From contig MU008214.1 of NCBI GenBank assembly GCA_010909165.1, positions 263,085-284,790 on the forward strand: a stretch of DNA of 21,706 nucleotides, given 5' to 3'. Source of the DNA: Anthoceros angustus (Eukaryota; Plantae; Anthocerotophyta). The notes beneath the pieces were generated by a model. That model was given only the letters and a program-made list of their open reading frames with translations, was not told the DNA's origin and searched no databases. How positions within the stretch are numbered: position 1 is the stretch's first letter; each line of letters opens with the position of its first letter. Shown piece after piece: positions 10,392 through 19,209 of this stretch. A program made the translations under genes and the position numbers.

Positions 10392-11680
10392 ATGGTGGGT
10401 CGACTGCGGAGGCTGGAGGTCTTGGAAGCTCTTTAAAGACTAAGGCAATGGTATCACTTCACCACCATCATCGTTGCGGGCGCTAGATCTTTCACCAATG
10501 CCTACGACTTGTTCGCATCTCCACCGTCTCGACACGTGGCGGATCTACTACTCCCGGCCCGGTGACGGGGAAGCCGGTGCGCCCATCACGCGTCTGGCCA
10601 GTGGCGTGTGGGACCTTGGTGGGCAATTTGCTGTTGGTGTGATCGGGGACAAGATAGGCGGGAGGGGTGTATGCTGGACCTTGACTCTCATGATCGTCGC
10701 TCTATTGGGGGTGGCATCTCCTTGGACGCAGTGAGTCATCATGGCTACTGTCATTTTTAAACCCGGTATCGGAGGACTACCCCATCACCATCATCGGAAC
10801 ACTCAACATCGGGGACCCATGGTGCCTTATCATTTGCGTGTTTGCAATGCAAGGGTTTTGCATCCTGCCTGGAGCCACAATGGCATCGTCGTGTCCTCGA
10901 TTTTCATGCGCGCTTGCAGGGGCCCGTTCGGAGGATCTCGGTTCCTCCCAAGCGGAGTATGTGGAGGATCATCCCGATCTTTGGGGCTGTCACCTATACT
11001 ACGAAATGCCGAGGCAGATTAATTACCGCTTTGGTGCATGGGGATATAGATGGCTGGAGCTTACATCTTTGGCGGAAAGATGGTGGAGGTATAGCACCAC
11101 CTCGAGGCAGGGGATGGAGAAGGAAGCCTCGGTTAGTGTTTCTTCTCCATGGAGTCACTTCTGGCATTATTGCGGTTGCTCGCCATTGCCGGTTCTTGGT
11201 TTAGTTGGTGTCCTTCTTGATCAGAACTTGCTCCAGAAGAACATCTTCATTGCTATGCGAGGATTCTTCTTCATGGCGGTCTTCATGCTCATTATCGCAC
11301 TAAATTCCAGCATTTCATGACTATAGATGCCCTACATCGGAGGTTTTCAAGTGCAGGGAATCTGCGGGCAACCATGTTGGCTTCGTCCACCATGTCACGG
11401 TCATCTTACGTCCCTAATTCCACCTTTATCATCCTATGAAACATTTTACGCTACTGCGGGCCACTTGTTTCGAGATGTCTGCACTTTGGGAAGCTTGGGT
11501 GCCATTATGGGGGCCTTTGGATTTCTCTCAAGACAAGCAAGGTCCAACCACGACCGGATCTCTGAGGATACCTGCATTGGTGTCAAGGCAAATGTCATAT
11601 TACGAGGTAAATGTCTTGGGCTTCCCTGATTGCGTTATTGATCGGAGACCCGAGGCAAGTCCAAAGCTATGTCACGTGAC
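10392..11680 (+). pseudogene. PHT1: PHT1-family inorganic phosphate:H+ symporter (MFS) pseudogene, no introns evident
   Basis: Collinear PHT1 motifs across frames: LEVLEAL*..QWYHFTTIIVAG..FTNAYDLF, RIYY, GQ..G..GDK.G, GIGG(D)YP, VFAMQGF, WRII..FGA, QNLLQKNIF, GFFFMAVFM, NHVGFV, LGAIMGAFGFL, IGVK, ETRGKS. Early stop TAA at 10434-10436 and many frameshifts. Confidence 0.93.
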
Positions 11681-12150
11681 TTACGGACCGAAGGCAGGAT
11701 GCCATTTCGAGGAATTTGACCCTTCACGAAATGAAAGAAATTCCACGGTCCCTCGGGAAAGTGCAAGTGTGTATGATATGACCCTGTGTGCTGCGGTCTA
11801 AGTGTACTAGTTGTAGACTTGCTGCACGTACCATAGAAAACAACGAGGATGCGTAGATCCCACCAATATCACCTTTGCTTATTGCTTCATGTGGTCTTCC
11901 ATAATCTACGCACATGGTGACACGAGCGAGACAAGCGAGCCATAAATTGTGTCATTAGATGCACTGAGTCTAGTGCCAATCCAGGATGGCCATGTATTGG
12001 TGGCGACTTCAAGCTTGTGCAAGGGGAGACTTACAAAGTGGACAGCGGTGCATGCGGATGTGTTGGCTAGTGGCATTGAGCACGGCTACTTTGTCTCTAG
12101 TTCCTTGGTGGACATGTGCAAGGGTGGCGGCTTGAAACGACCTTTTTGGC
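11676..12150 (+). pseudogene. PLS-class PPR gene fragment 2 (L-S-P-L-S run)
   Basis: VTY...C..SRNLTL, YDMTLCAAV..YTSC.RL, FMWSSII.YAHG, DGHVLVA..., AVHADVLASGIEHGYFVSSSLVDM..KGGGL; frameshifted. Confidence 0.8.
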
Positions 12151-12161
12151 AAGGAGAAAGG

Positions 12162-12860
12162 TAACCTACATAAGTGGTGGGAGGTGTCCCACCACCGCAG
12201 GGAGAAACTCCTACCATGGTGAGCGCGTAGAGAGATGCTACCAACTTAGGAGAATGACCCCGCTGGTGTTACGATCACCTATAGAATGGCTCCTACCATG
12301 GTAGAGCAGGTAGGAAGGTATCCTACCGCCGTAGGAGTAAGTCCTACCATGGTAGGAGAAGAGGAAAAACTCCTACCATGGTAGGAGGGTGTCCTACCGC
12401 GGTAGGAGATAGGTTGCTAAGGAAGGTAGCTTATGTCTTAGGCAGGATAGGCTTGCTATATATAGGGTCTTTTAGTGGACTAGATAAATAGGCCAAAATA
12501 GGTATTAGGAAATTAGAGGCTAATTTTTAGCAAATAAAAATTAGGAAATAGGGGAAAATGGTATTTTAGCACAAGGGGATTAGGAAACTAGCATCAACGG
12601 TGGGAAGGGTGCCACGTGGCACACATACAAGGGTGCAGGGGAGTGGGATTTACCCATCTTAACCCTGTGTCATACATAAGCCTGTATGTGTGAAGCCAAC
12701 TTTGAAAGTGGAAGACGACTCACCGCAGGAAGGTGCCGCCCGATCGCGAGCTCTCAAGGAGACACACCATCGCGCCATGCACACACACCCATGTCACAAT
12801 AAGAGGGAGGCGCAAGTGTAGACGATCCGACTTGGAAACTGCTGGGACGCGTGCTCGAAG
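12162..12860 (+). mobile_element. Truncated LTR-like sequence (copy X2), preceded by the purine tract AAGGAGAAAGG (12151-12161)
   Basis: Diverged direct repeat of ~3440-3850; begins where PPR homology stops; ends near a T13 tract (12863-12875). Confidence 0.5.
12189..12407. repeat. Tandem cluster of short palindromes (T)CCTACCRYGGTAGG(A)
   Basis: Perfect palindromes at 12342-12357 (16 bp), 12370-12387 (18 bp) and 12392-12407 (16 bp); near-perfect or partial copies at 12208, 12290 and 12321. Confidence 0.9.
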
Positions 12861-12879
12861 TGTTTTTTTTTTTTTGGAT

Positions 12880-15800
12880 CCGTGAAAATAAGTCGGGTTG
12901 GTAGTAGGCGAGGTATTTATAGAAGAAATGCCCTTGGCCTATGGATTTTTCTTGTTTTTGATTTTTAAGTTAGAAAATAAATGGTCCGAATTTGGTGTTC
13001 CTTGGCCATGGACTGAATGTTCCCTAAAAAGTCTATATATGTGAGATAGGGGGTTTGGAATAATTAGAGTGTGACAAGTCTATAAGTTGGGGTCGACCGA
13101 CGCGCGGTAGTCGAATGAGTGGGGTTGTGGATTGGGATGTGGGAAGCGGTCGAGAGGTCGGTCAGAGTAGGGGAACCGGGAAACTTAACCCTAGGAAATG
13201 AGAATCCCTGCTCAAACAACGGAGCGCAACGGCGGGCCGACGGAGCGAGCGGCGGAGCGCGACGACGCCGAAGCGGCGCCGAGGAGCGGTGTCCGGGGCA
13301 CCGTGATCGCGGAGGAGGCGCGAGGCGCGACGGGCGGGAAGGAGCTCGAACCCCGTTGACATCGCTGCGCGACGCAGAGGAGGAAGGCGCGGCAGCGCGC
13401 CTTGCCGAGGAGGTAGGGAACCTCGAGACCGACCTCCGTGGAAAATTCGCAGCGAGGGAGGCGTTGGTTTGTGGCGCGAGACCAGTGAAGACTGGAGAGG
13501 GATGGCGCCCAAGGTCACCACAAATTGTGTGCTTGCCCAATGGCCGAACATGGATCATTGGAAAGTTCGAGCTGGGAGCCGGTGAAGGAGCCTGGGTTTC
13601 ATGGAAGAGCGTGAATTACATGAACTCGACTGGTGTGTGAGGCACACCGGGCGATGTACCAAAGGGGATTTAGAGGCCGGATTGGGACCGGAGTCGGTTA
13701 GAGGGTGGGGGGCGGGCGGAGGAGGCGGGCGGGTTGGTGATGGAGCCGCCCAGAAAAGAAGCACGGCAAAGAAGCAGCACCGCCCGTTAAAGCGGGCGAC
13801 TACGAACCCAACGGCCGTTGACGAGGGACGACTTGATGGGTCGCCAGTGGCTCTATGTTTCGCAAAGACAAGAAGTGGATTATTTGTCCGACCACTCTGC
13901 CTCTTCATGAAGTGGTCAAGGGGCGGTGATTACGATTGGAATTCTCTCTCGACAAGTTGTGTGAAGAGGTTGAACTTGATTTCCTCCGCCCCCGGCCTCT
14001 AATCTCACCATTTCGTCCATCTTTATGTTTACGCCAACTGCCCCGCTGTGAGGTGGAGATTGTAGCCTCCTCCACATGTGGAAGCCGCTAGGAGGTGAAA
14101 TGGAAGGCGGAGCCCAGGAGGAAAAATCGGAGCCGGGAGCTCGGTGGCGACAGTGCGAGGAGGAGAAGGAAATTCCCATCAAGAAAAGGAGGAAGACCGG
14201 GGTGAAAGGGCATCAAAAAAAAAGGTGAAGGCGGATGCGCGTCACAGTGTCGAAAACCCAAGGCCATGAAATGAAAGCCAAACGGCATTGAGGTGGCGTA
14301 AGAGGAGGCGCGATCCGAGGACAATTTTACGACTGGATGCATGATGAATCAACTCCGAGGGTTTAGGTCGACTCGAGGCGGACCCTCCTCAAAGATGGGA
14401 AGAGATTTCAAGGGGACTCCACCGGCAACAGAGGTGGATGCAACCAATTGGTGAGGGTGCGCACTGGGGGAGGAAAGTTCTCGACGTAGGGATGGCGCCG
14501 GGCCGCCACAACAAGTGGACTTGCAGGAGCTGACCACGCCGATGATCCGGGCATTTCGGTTGGATCAAGCGGCTTAGCTCACCGCCTGCAGGCGGAGGAA
14601 GTGGTGAAGGCGTTTGACGTAAGAGGAGGCCAAGCGAAGCAAATCGGAGGAAGACAAGCGAACTGGAGGAAATAAGGGCCAAGATTCAAGAAGATTTGTG
14701 CAGGCCTGTGAGAAGTTGCAAGCCGAGCCAGCAGGAAGCACTCATGGCTCAAATTAAGGATGCCCACGAGACGAACCAGAGATGCGGGGGAGTTGTTGCG
14801 AGCTCAGGAGCGTGAAGCGGCCCTGGAAAAGGCCCATAAGCTAGCGGAGCGATATAAGCGGGAGCGGATGAGGCACGGGCCGCCGTAAAAGACAAAGGGA
14901 AGGGAAGGGCAGCGGTGACCACGATCGAGTAGCGAAGGGCCTCACTGAAGGAAGCAAGCAGGTAGCCGAAACCTCACCTCACCGCATGTTGTCGAACAAC
15001 GACTACGTGGAGTCCACTACCGCGTAGTCGAAAACCGCCACCGACATTGGCGCAACCAACCCGGAAGGCAAGGCGGGCCAGATGCGACGTGGCGCCGCGA
15101 GGACATAGGCCGTGCAACTGTGTGTAGCCTACGGGAGGAGGTAAGCACCTCACCAAAGCAGGGGGTCCTATTATATTACGGCACATGGATGAGGGAACTT
15201 ATGTGCCTCGGGTCTATATGTGAATGGAGAACGGCTTAACCTCACCGTCCATGTGCGTGTGGAAATAGGAGGGACTGTGGCCTACCTACGCAAGTGAGGA
15301 CCCGGTGCATACTTCTACCACCGCGCCCGGGTGTGGGGTTGGCTCCTATTATGGAGGCGACTTTGGAGGAGTTGAGCGAGGAGGAGGTCCAGCTTGGGTG
15401 GACGAGGAGCCGCATAATCCTCAAGGCCAGGCCGCGCCGAAGATGCGAAGCCCAGGCTACACCTCAAATTCGATCGCCCAAAGGATAAAGTGAGGTGGAA
15501 GTAGTGGGAGAACCCGTCTCACCACCGGCGCAGGTGAGAGCTCGTGGCGGCAAGAATGGAGGACGAGGCGACGCCAAGTCGAGGTAGCGCAGATAGCGTG
15601 AGGTGGTAGCAACCTAAAGATAATTTGGTTAGGATGCCGATCGACCTAGGATCGCCCGACCAGGGCGGCCCTTCGATAGCCATCTTAGGACCTAAAAATG
15701 GGGCAAGGGTGCCCCACCATGTATAAGAGGGGCGACCAGGTCCTCACGAGCAATTCTGGTTGAGATCCCCACGCCTGTGGGTCGGTTGGAGACGTCTGAA

Positions 15801-16532
15801 TGGCGGTGTGCGCGAGACGCCCTAGGGGTGGTAGAGCTTGCCTGGGGGGGAGGAGGGGTGATAAAGCAATCTTGCTGACAAAGGAGGAGGAAACCAAGGG
15901 ATTGGCGCGGGGCGGGTCTCGAGCTTGCCTGCATTCGTGACGCCTGGGTTCTTCTTTCCTTCACACTTGTCCTCGCTAGTTGTGTTCAATTAAGCGAGAA
16001 GTGTTGAGTGGATGGTTGGAAGCTGGGAATTGAGGAAGAGAGAGAGAGAGGAGAGGATGAAGGAGTGACTAAACACCTCAGACGCTGCGAGGTGTGAGAG
16101 GGGTTGAGAAGGGAACTAATTGAGAGGCTAGGAGATTTGTGTGAATCCAAAAGAAACCAAATCGGTGTCAGCTGGTGGAAGGCGCAAGGGGAACAGGCCC
16201 TTGTAAAGTTGTGTGAGTGTGGCCCTAGGAACGTGCGTGTGTGTGTGTGCAATGAAGTGAGTGGCAGAATGATCCGCATGCGGGTGGACGCCCGTGGATC
16301 CGCGGCGCTGCGGCGCCTAAATAAGTCGCTAGGGTTTGGGTGTGGGACCCACTCGGTGGTCGAAGCAACCACCTCATGAGAGTCCATCACCGTATGATCT
16401 CTCGAGTAGTCTTGCAGCGGTGACTCGGGACTCTGCAGGACACACAAAGTGCTTGTTGTGAGATCAACCCCAGCGAAAGATGATTCAACGGCGGCGCCTC
16501 TTTATACTACACCTAGGGGCGCCTTTATTACA
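12880..16532 (+). mobile_element. 3' half of a diverged Athila/Tat-like element: extra ORF, spacer and LTR ending ...TTATTACA
   Basis: Extra ORF homologous in motif order to 1432-3350; TATAAGA at 15722-15728; 3'-terminal block (cccagcg...ggggcgcctttattaca) resembles the 7461 LTR end; no PBS follows, consistent with a 3' LTR. Confidence 0.6.
13502..14888 (+). pseudogene. Frameshifted retrotransposon extra ORF (starts MAPK, ends in a coiled-coil-like region)
   Basis: MAPKVTTNCVLAQWPNMDHWKV..., ELHELDW, MKWSRGGDYDW...HFVHLY (compare WKISRGAKPDW...YLVHLW at 2544-2996), ELLRAQEREAALEKAHKLAERYKRERMRHGPP* (TAA 14886-14888). Confidence 0.55.
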
Positions 16533-16834
16533 CTCCTATTAGTTGATGTCCAGCTCCATTGCCAGCACGCCTATCTCTAACTTTCCTATCTACGTCTTGG
16601 TACAGTGGCTGCCCGATTCCTTCCCCTCGCCAATCCCGTAGCGTGCGCACTCCAATCGGATGATCCGCGATGCGTGCTCCCTCCGCGAGACTGCAGCCAA
16701 ATTTGCGCTCTTGGCTCGACAACGCATGACCACCAAGTCCTCCTTTGCGTCCTTGGCGGCGTAGTCTCGCCTGTGGGTCACTCAAACCCATTCTATTGGG
16801 GTGGGTTGAAACTGATCCCCACTCACCCCTGCCC

Positions 16835-16900
16835 CCTCCTGAGTCCGGACCTCAGGGTCCGGTCTCGCCTCCGGAGTCCGGACCTCATGGTTCGGTCTTG
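16835..16900 (+). repeat. Two tandem 33-bp units in LTR U3
   Basis: cctcctgagtccggacctcagggtccggtctcg / cctccggagtccggacctcatggttcggtcttg. Confidence 0.9.
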
Positions 16901-16999
16901 ATGAAATATGACCTATTTAGGGCACTCTTCACTAGGGCACCTAAGACTATTAATTAATTTAGTTCTTAGGGCTTTAGGTAGTTTATTGAGTAGTTAGTT

Positions 17000-17064
17000 G
17001 TTACAACCACCTAGAGGTTAGAACTACTTATGGTTACAACCACCTTATGGTTATAACCACCTAG
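17000..17064 (+). repeat. Four tandem 16-17-bp units (GGTTAYAACCACC core) just upstream of the TATA box
   Basis: gttacaaccacctag / aggttagaactacttat / ggttacaaccaccttat / ggttataaccacctag. Confidence 0.85.
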
Positions 17065-17181
17065 CCTATATAAAGGCTTTGTACTTTCTATTATAATCAA
17101 TGCATAAAACTCTTTTTATGCAAAGCTTTCTACTATCTGCTTGCTATGTTTTGCTACCTAGAGCAGCCATGATTCTCATCA

Positions 17182-17193
17182 TGGTATCAAAGC
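17182..17193 (+). promoter_or_regulatory. tRNA-iMet primer-binding site
   Basis: TGGTATCAAAGC vs canonical TGGTATCAGAGC (1 mismatch), directly after the LTR CA. Confidence 0.85.
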
Positions 17194-17339
17194 ATTGCTG
17201 CTCTCTATTTGCATTGGGCAACTTGACATGCTGATCTACTCTTCTTCTTCATCTTCTTCTTCATTTCTTTTTAGAAGATGTATAGATTCTTTAGATTGCA
17301 TGTCATAGATTCTTGTCATGTTCTTAGTTCCCTAATCTT

Positions 17340-17700
17340 CAATAATGCACTCTGCACCCAATCCTTGCTTCAATGCGATGGATTCCTTCAATCCTAAGCA
17401 AGGCTATTGGAAGAAGATTAATTTGAGACAAGATATAGAATATAGGAATGCAATTAGATGCTAGGAGGTCTAGTCGGATAGTAGGAGATTATATTGCTAA
17501 CTCATTGGCTCTATTCTAATCAAAGTAGAAGATCAAGGGAGGCAGATAGAAATTGCTAGAAGAAACTTGCTTACTATCTTTAGTTTAAGTCAAGTGAAAG
17601 CAATAGCACTCGCTCTTGATCATATCCCAAATCTACAAGCAGGTCCTCTTCCTTCTGTCTCCAATGCATGTTCACAACAATGCAAGCAAGAAACCTTCAG
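17340..17700 (+). pseudogene. Degenerate gag-like sequence, possibly chromovirus-type gypsy
   Basis: YWKKINL..., SRIVGDYIA..., EIAR...IALAL loosely follow the gypsy gag L-x-Q-G-x-x-S-V-x-D-Y...AR pattern; heavily disrupted. Confidence 0.35.
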
Positions 17701-18049
17701 TTCAATAAAGACTCTCGCCAGAGAACCACGCCATCAACACACCCTACGCAGAACAAGCATAGAGAAGTTAGCAAGAGAAGTGCGTGATCTCAATAAGCAC
17801 CTCCTTGAGCATACTGATCCACACATGTTGAGCTGTCTTCATCACAAACTTTCCCTCTCTTGTCATCGACAAACACGAGATAGAAAAGGTTTCTCCTTGC
17901 TCTGGCCCGGTATTTCCTACATGATGATGAGGAAATGCGAGGCGTTCAGCCTCTCGCATGGTGACCACCGCAATGGCTGGTTCGGCGTGGACGAGCGAGG
18001 AGGAGAAACAACAACAGCAGAGAGAGAGAGAGGAGAGGATCCACCAAAG

Positions 18050-18509
18050 ATGGTCGACCTTCCGTGGTGAATCACAACTATGGTGACAGTTTGAAGGGCG
18101 ATTCAATGGGCGTCGGCGTTTGGCGCTTGCAGTCGTGCACTTTTCCGCAATCGAGATCTATGGGGCGTTGTGGTGGGTCCACACCGGACCACAATGGGGC
18201 CTACGAGGAGCACACAGGACGCCGATGAAAAAGCTCAAGACCTCCTAATCGTTGGACTAGCACCCGAACATGGTGACAATGTCAAGCAAAACTTCTAAAT
18301 AGATGTGGGATCACCTTGCTCTTATATTCTTCAAGAGATGTGATGAGTATGATGACAGCGATGCAACCTCTTCAATCAAGATGACGAATCGACTCGCGAA
18401 CACCATATCAACACTTTCCGGCAAGCTAGATCTCAATGTGGCCACCAACACCTCCGTTTAGAACTTGTTGCATTCCTTGTTCTCTTGATATCCCTCCCAC
18501 CCTCCTACA
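18050..18509 (+). pseudogene. gag: Ty1/copia gag fragment (element 1), interrupted at SLPPSY
   Basis: DLWGVVVG (18155), DEKAQDLLIVGL (18224), MWDHL (18303), LISLPPSY ending at 18508: the UBN2-type copia gag motif order. Confidence 0.8.
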
Positions 18510-18703
18510 TGTTGATACACAAGTGACTTAGATATTCACCAGCAGACTAAGTTCTAGGGCACGTTTCATTAGGGTTATTTACTTGTATGCGATTCAGTTT
18601 AAGTGGCTACATTACTCATGCTTGATTAACTTACTATTGTAAGCCTATTTAAGGCGTGTCATGTACAGAAGTAAATCACTTCCTTATTCCCTCTACTTTT
18701 AGA
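18510..18703 (+). mobile_element. 5' LTR (~194 bp) of nested Ty1/copia element 2
   Basis: Begins TGTTGA exactly where the upstream gag breaks; has tgtaagcctatttaaggc (TATA-like); followed by the PBS. The terminal CA is altered (ends ...ttttaga). Confidence 0.75.
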
Positions 18704-18715
18704 TGGTATCAGGCC
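18704..18715 (+). promoter_or_regulatory. tRNA-iMet primer-binding site
   Basis: TGGTATCAGGCC vs TGGTATCAGAGCC (1-nt deletion). Confidence 0.8.
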
Positions 18716-19209
18716 GTGGGCTTCGCCCGCTTCAACTTTCCGCGCCCGCATGGCTGGTTTGTGCAATCCGGTGACGCCCGCCCACCAGCGGATCTCAACA
18801 TAAAGATCCGGCCTCGGCATGCCTCGGCGCCGCCGTCGGAGAGTTTTGCCCGGTAGACCCACATCGCAGTGACGGACTGCGGCAATTGCTTGGATCGCAT
18901 CACCGCATCCAGGAGTTCACCGCTCCACCACCCACAGCGATACGCTCCCGCGCCGCCCGCGCACCAGCACTCGACGCTTCCAGACAGTCGCCACACACCA
19001 CGCCGCCATGGGCATGCTTACATCGCGCTCTCTCTGCGGTCACGCCAAGTTGATGTATTTCAAATTATGAATTGGCGAGTCGCAATTAGAAGCCCGCATC
19101 TAGAAGTGTGCAAACACCATGATCAAGCGCGTGACTATGTAGACCACTAAATTTGCGGAGACCGCGTACATGATCCATAGCAGCGGTAACATCGAGCATC
19201 TGGTGCATG

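Larger units (their letters stand above)
16772..17181 (+). mobile_element. 5' LTR (~410 bp, TG...CA) of a tRNA-iMet-primed retrotransposon
   Basis: Starts TGTGGG, has TATATAAA at 17067-17074 and ends ...CATCA directly before the PBS; contains internal tandem repeats. The start position is inferred. Confidence 0.7.

Noticed and set aside
10392-11680. Functional PHT1 gene
   Set aside because: Stop at codon 15, many frameshifts, a ~50-codon deletion and a missing C-terminus.
10240-11830. PHT1 nested in an intron of a single PPR gene
   Set aside because: PPR fragment 2 starts with its own L and S motifs abutting the PHT1 coding sequence rather than resuming the broken S motif, and there are no convincing splice sites.
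9600-12200. Helitron or MULE termini around the host-gene block
   Set aside because: No convincing hairpin plus CTRR end or terminal inverted repeats found by eye.
12189-12407. CRISPR-like array of palindromic repeats
   Set aside because: Repeats are 12-18 bp with only 5-13 bp irregular gaps, there are no cas genes, and the context is plant retrotransposon; treated as a tandem palindrome cluster.
16533-16771. Minus-strand gypsy aspartic protease fragment (SLAEG...HPIGV)
   Set aside because: Catalytic D(S/T)G not seen; too short to support; left unassigned.
17826-17921. Mini-LTR (TGTTGAG...CCTACA) for copia element 1
   Set aside because: Under 100 bp, no TATA box, and the following tgatgatgagg is a poor PBS match.
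16036-18040. Shared 22-nt agagagagagagaggagaggat at ~16037 and ~18019
   Set aside because: Low-complexity AG microsatellite; flanks are unrelated.
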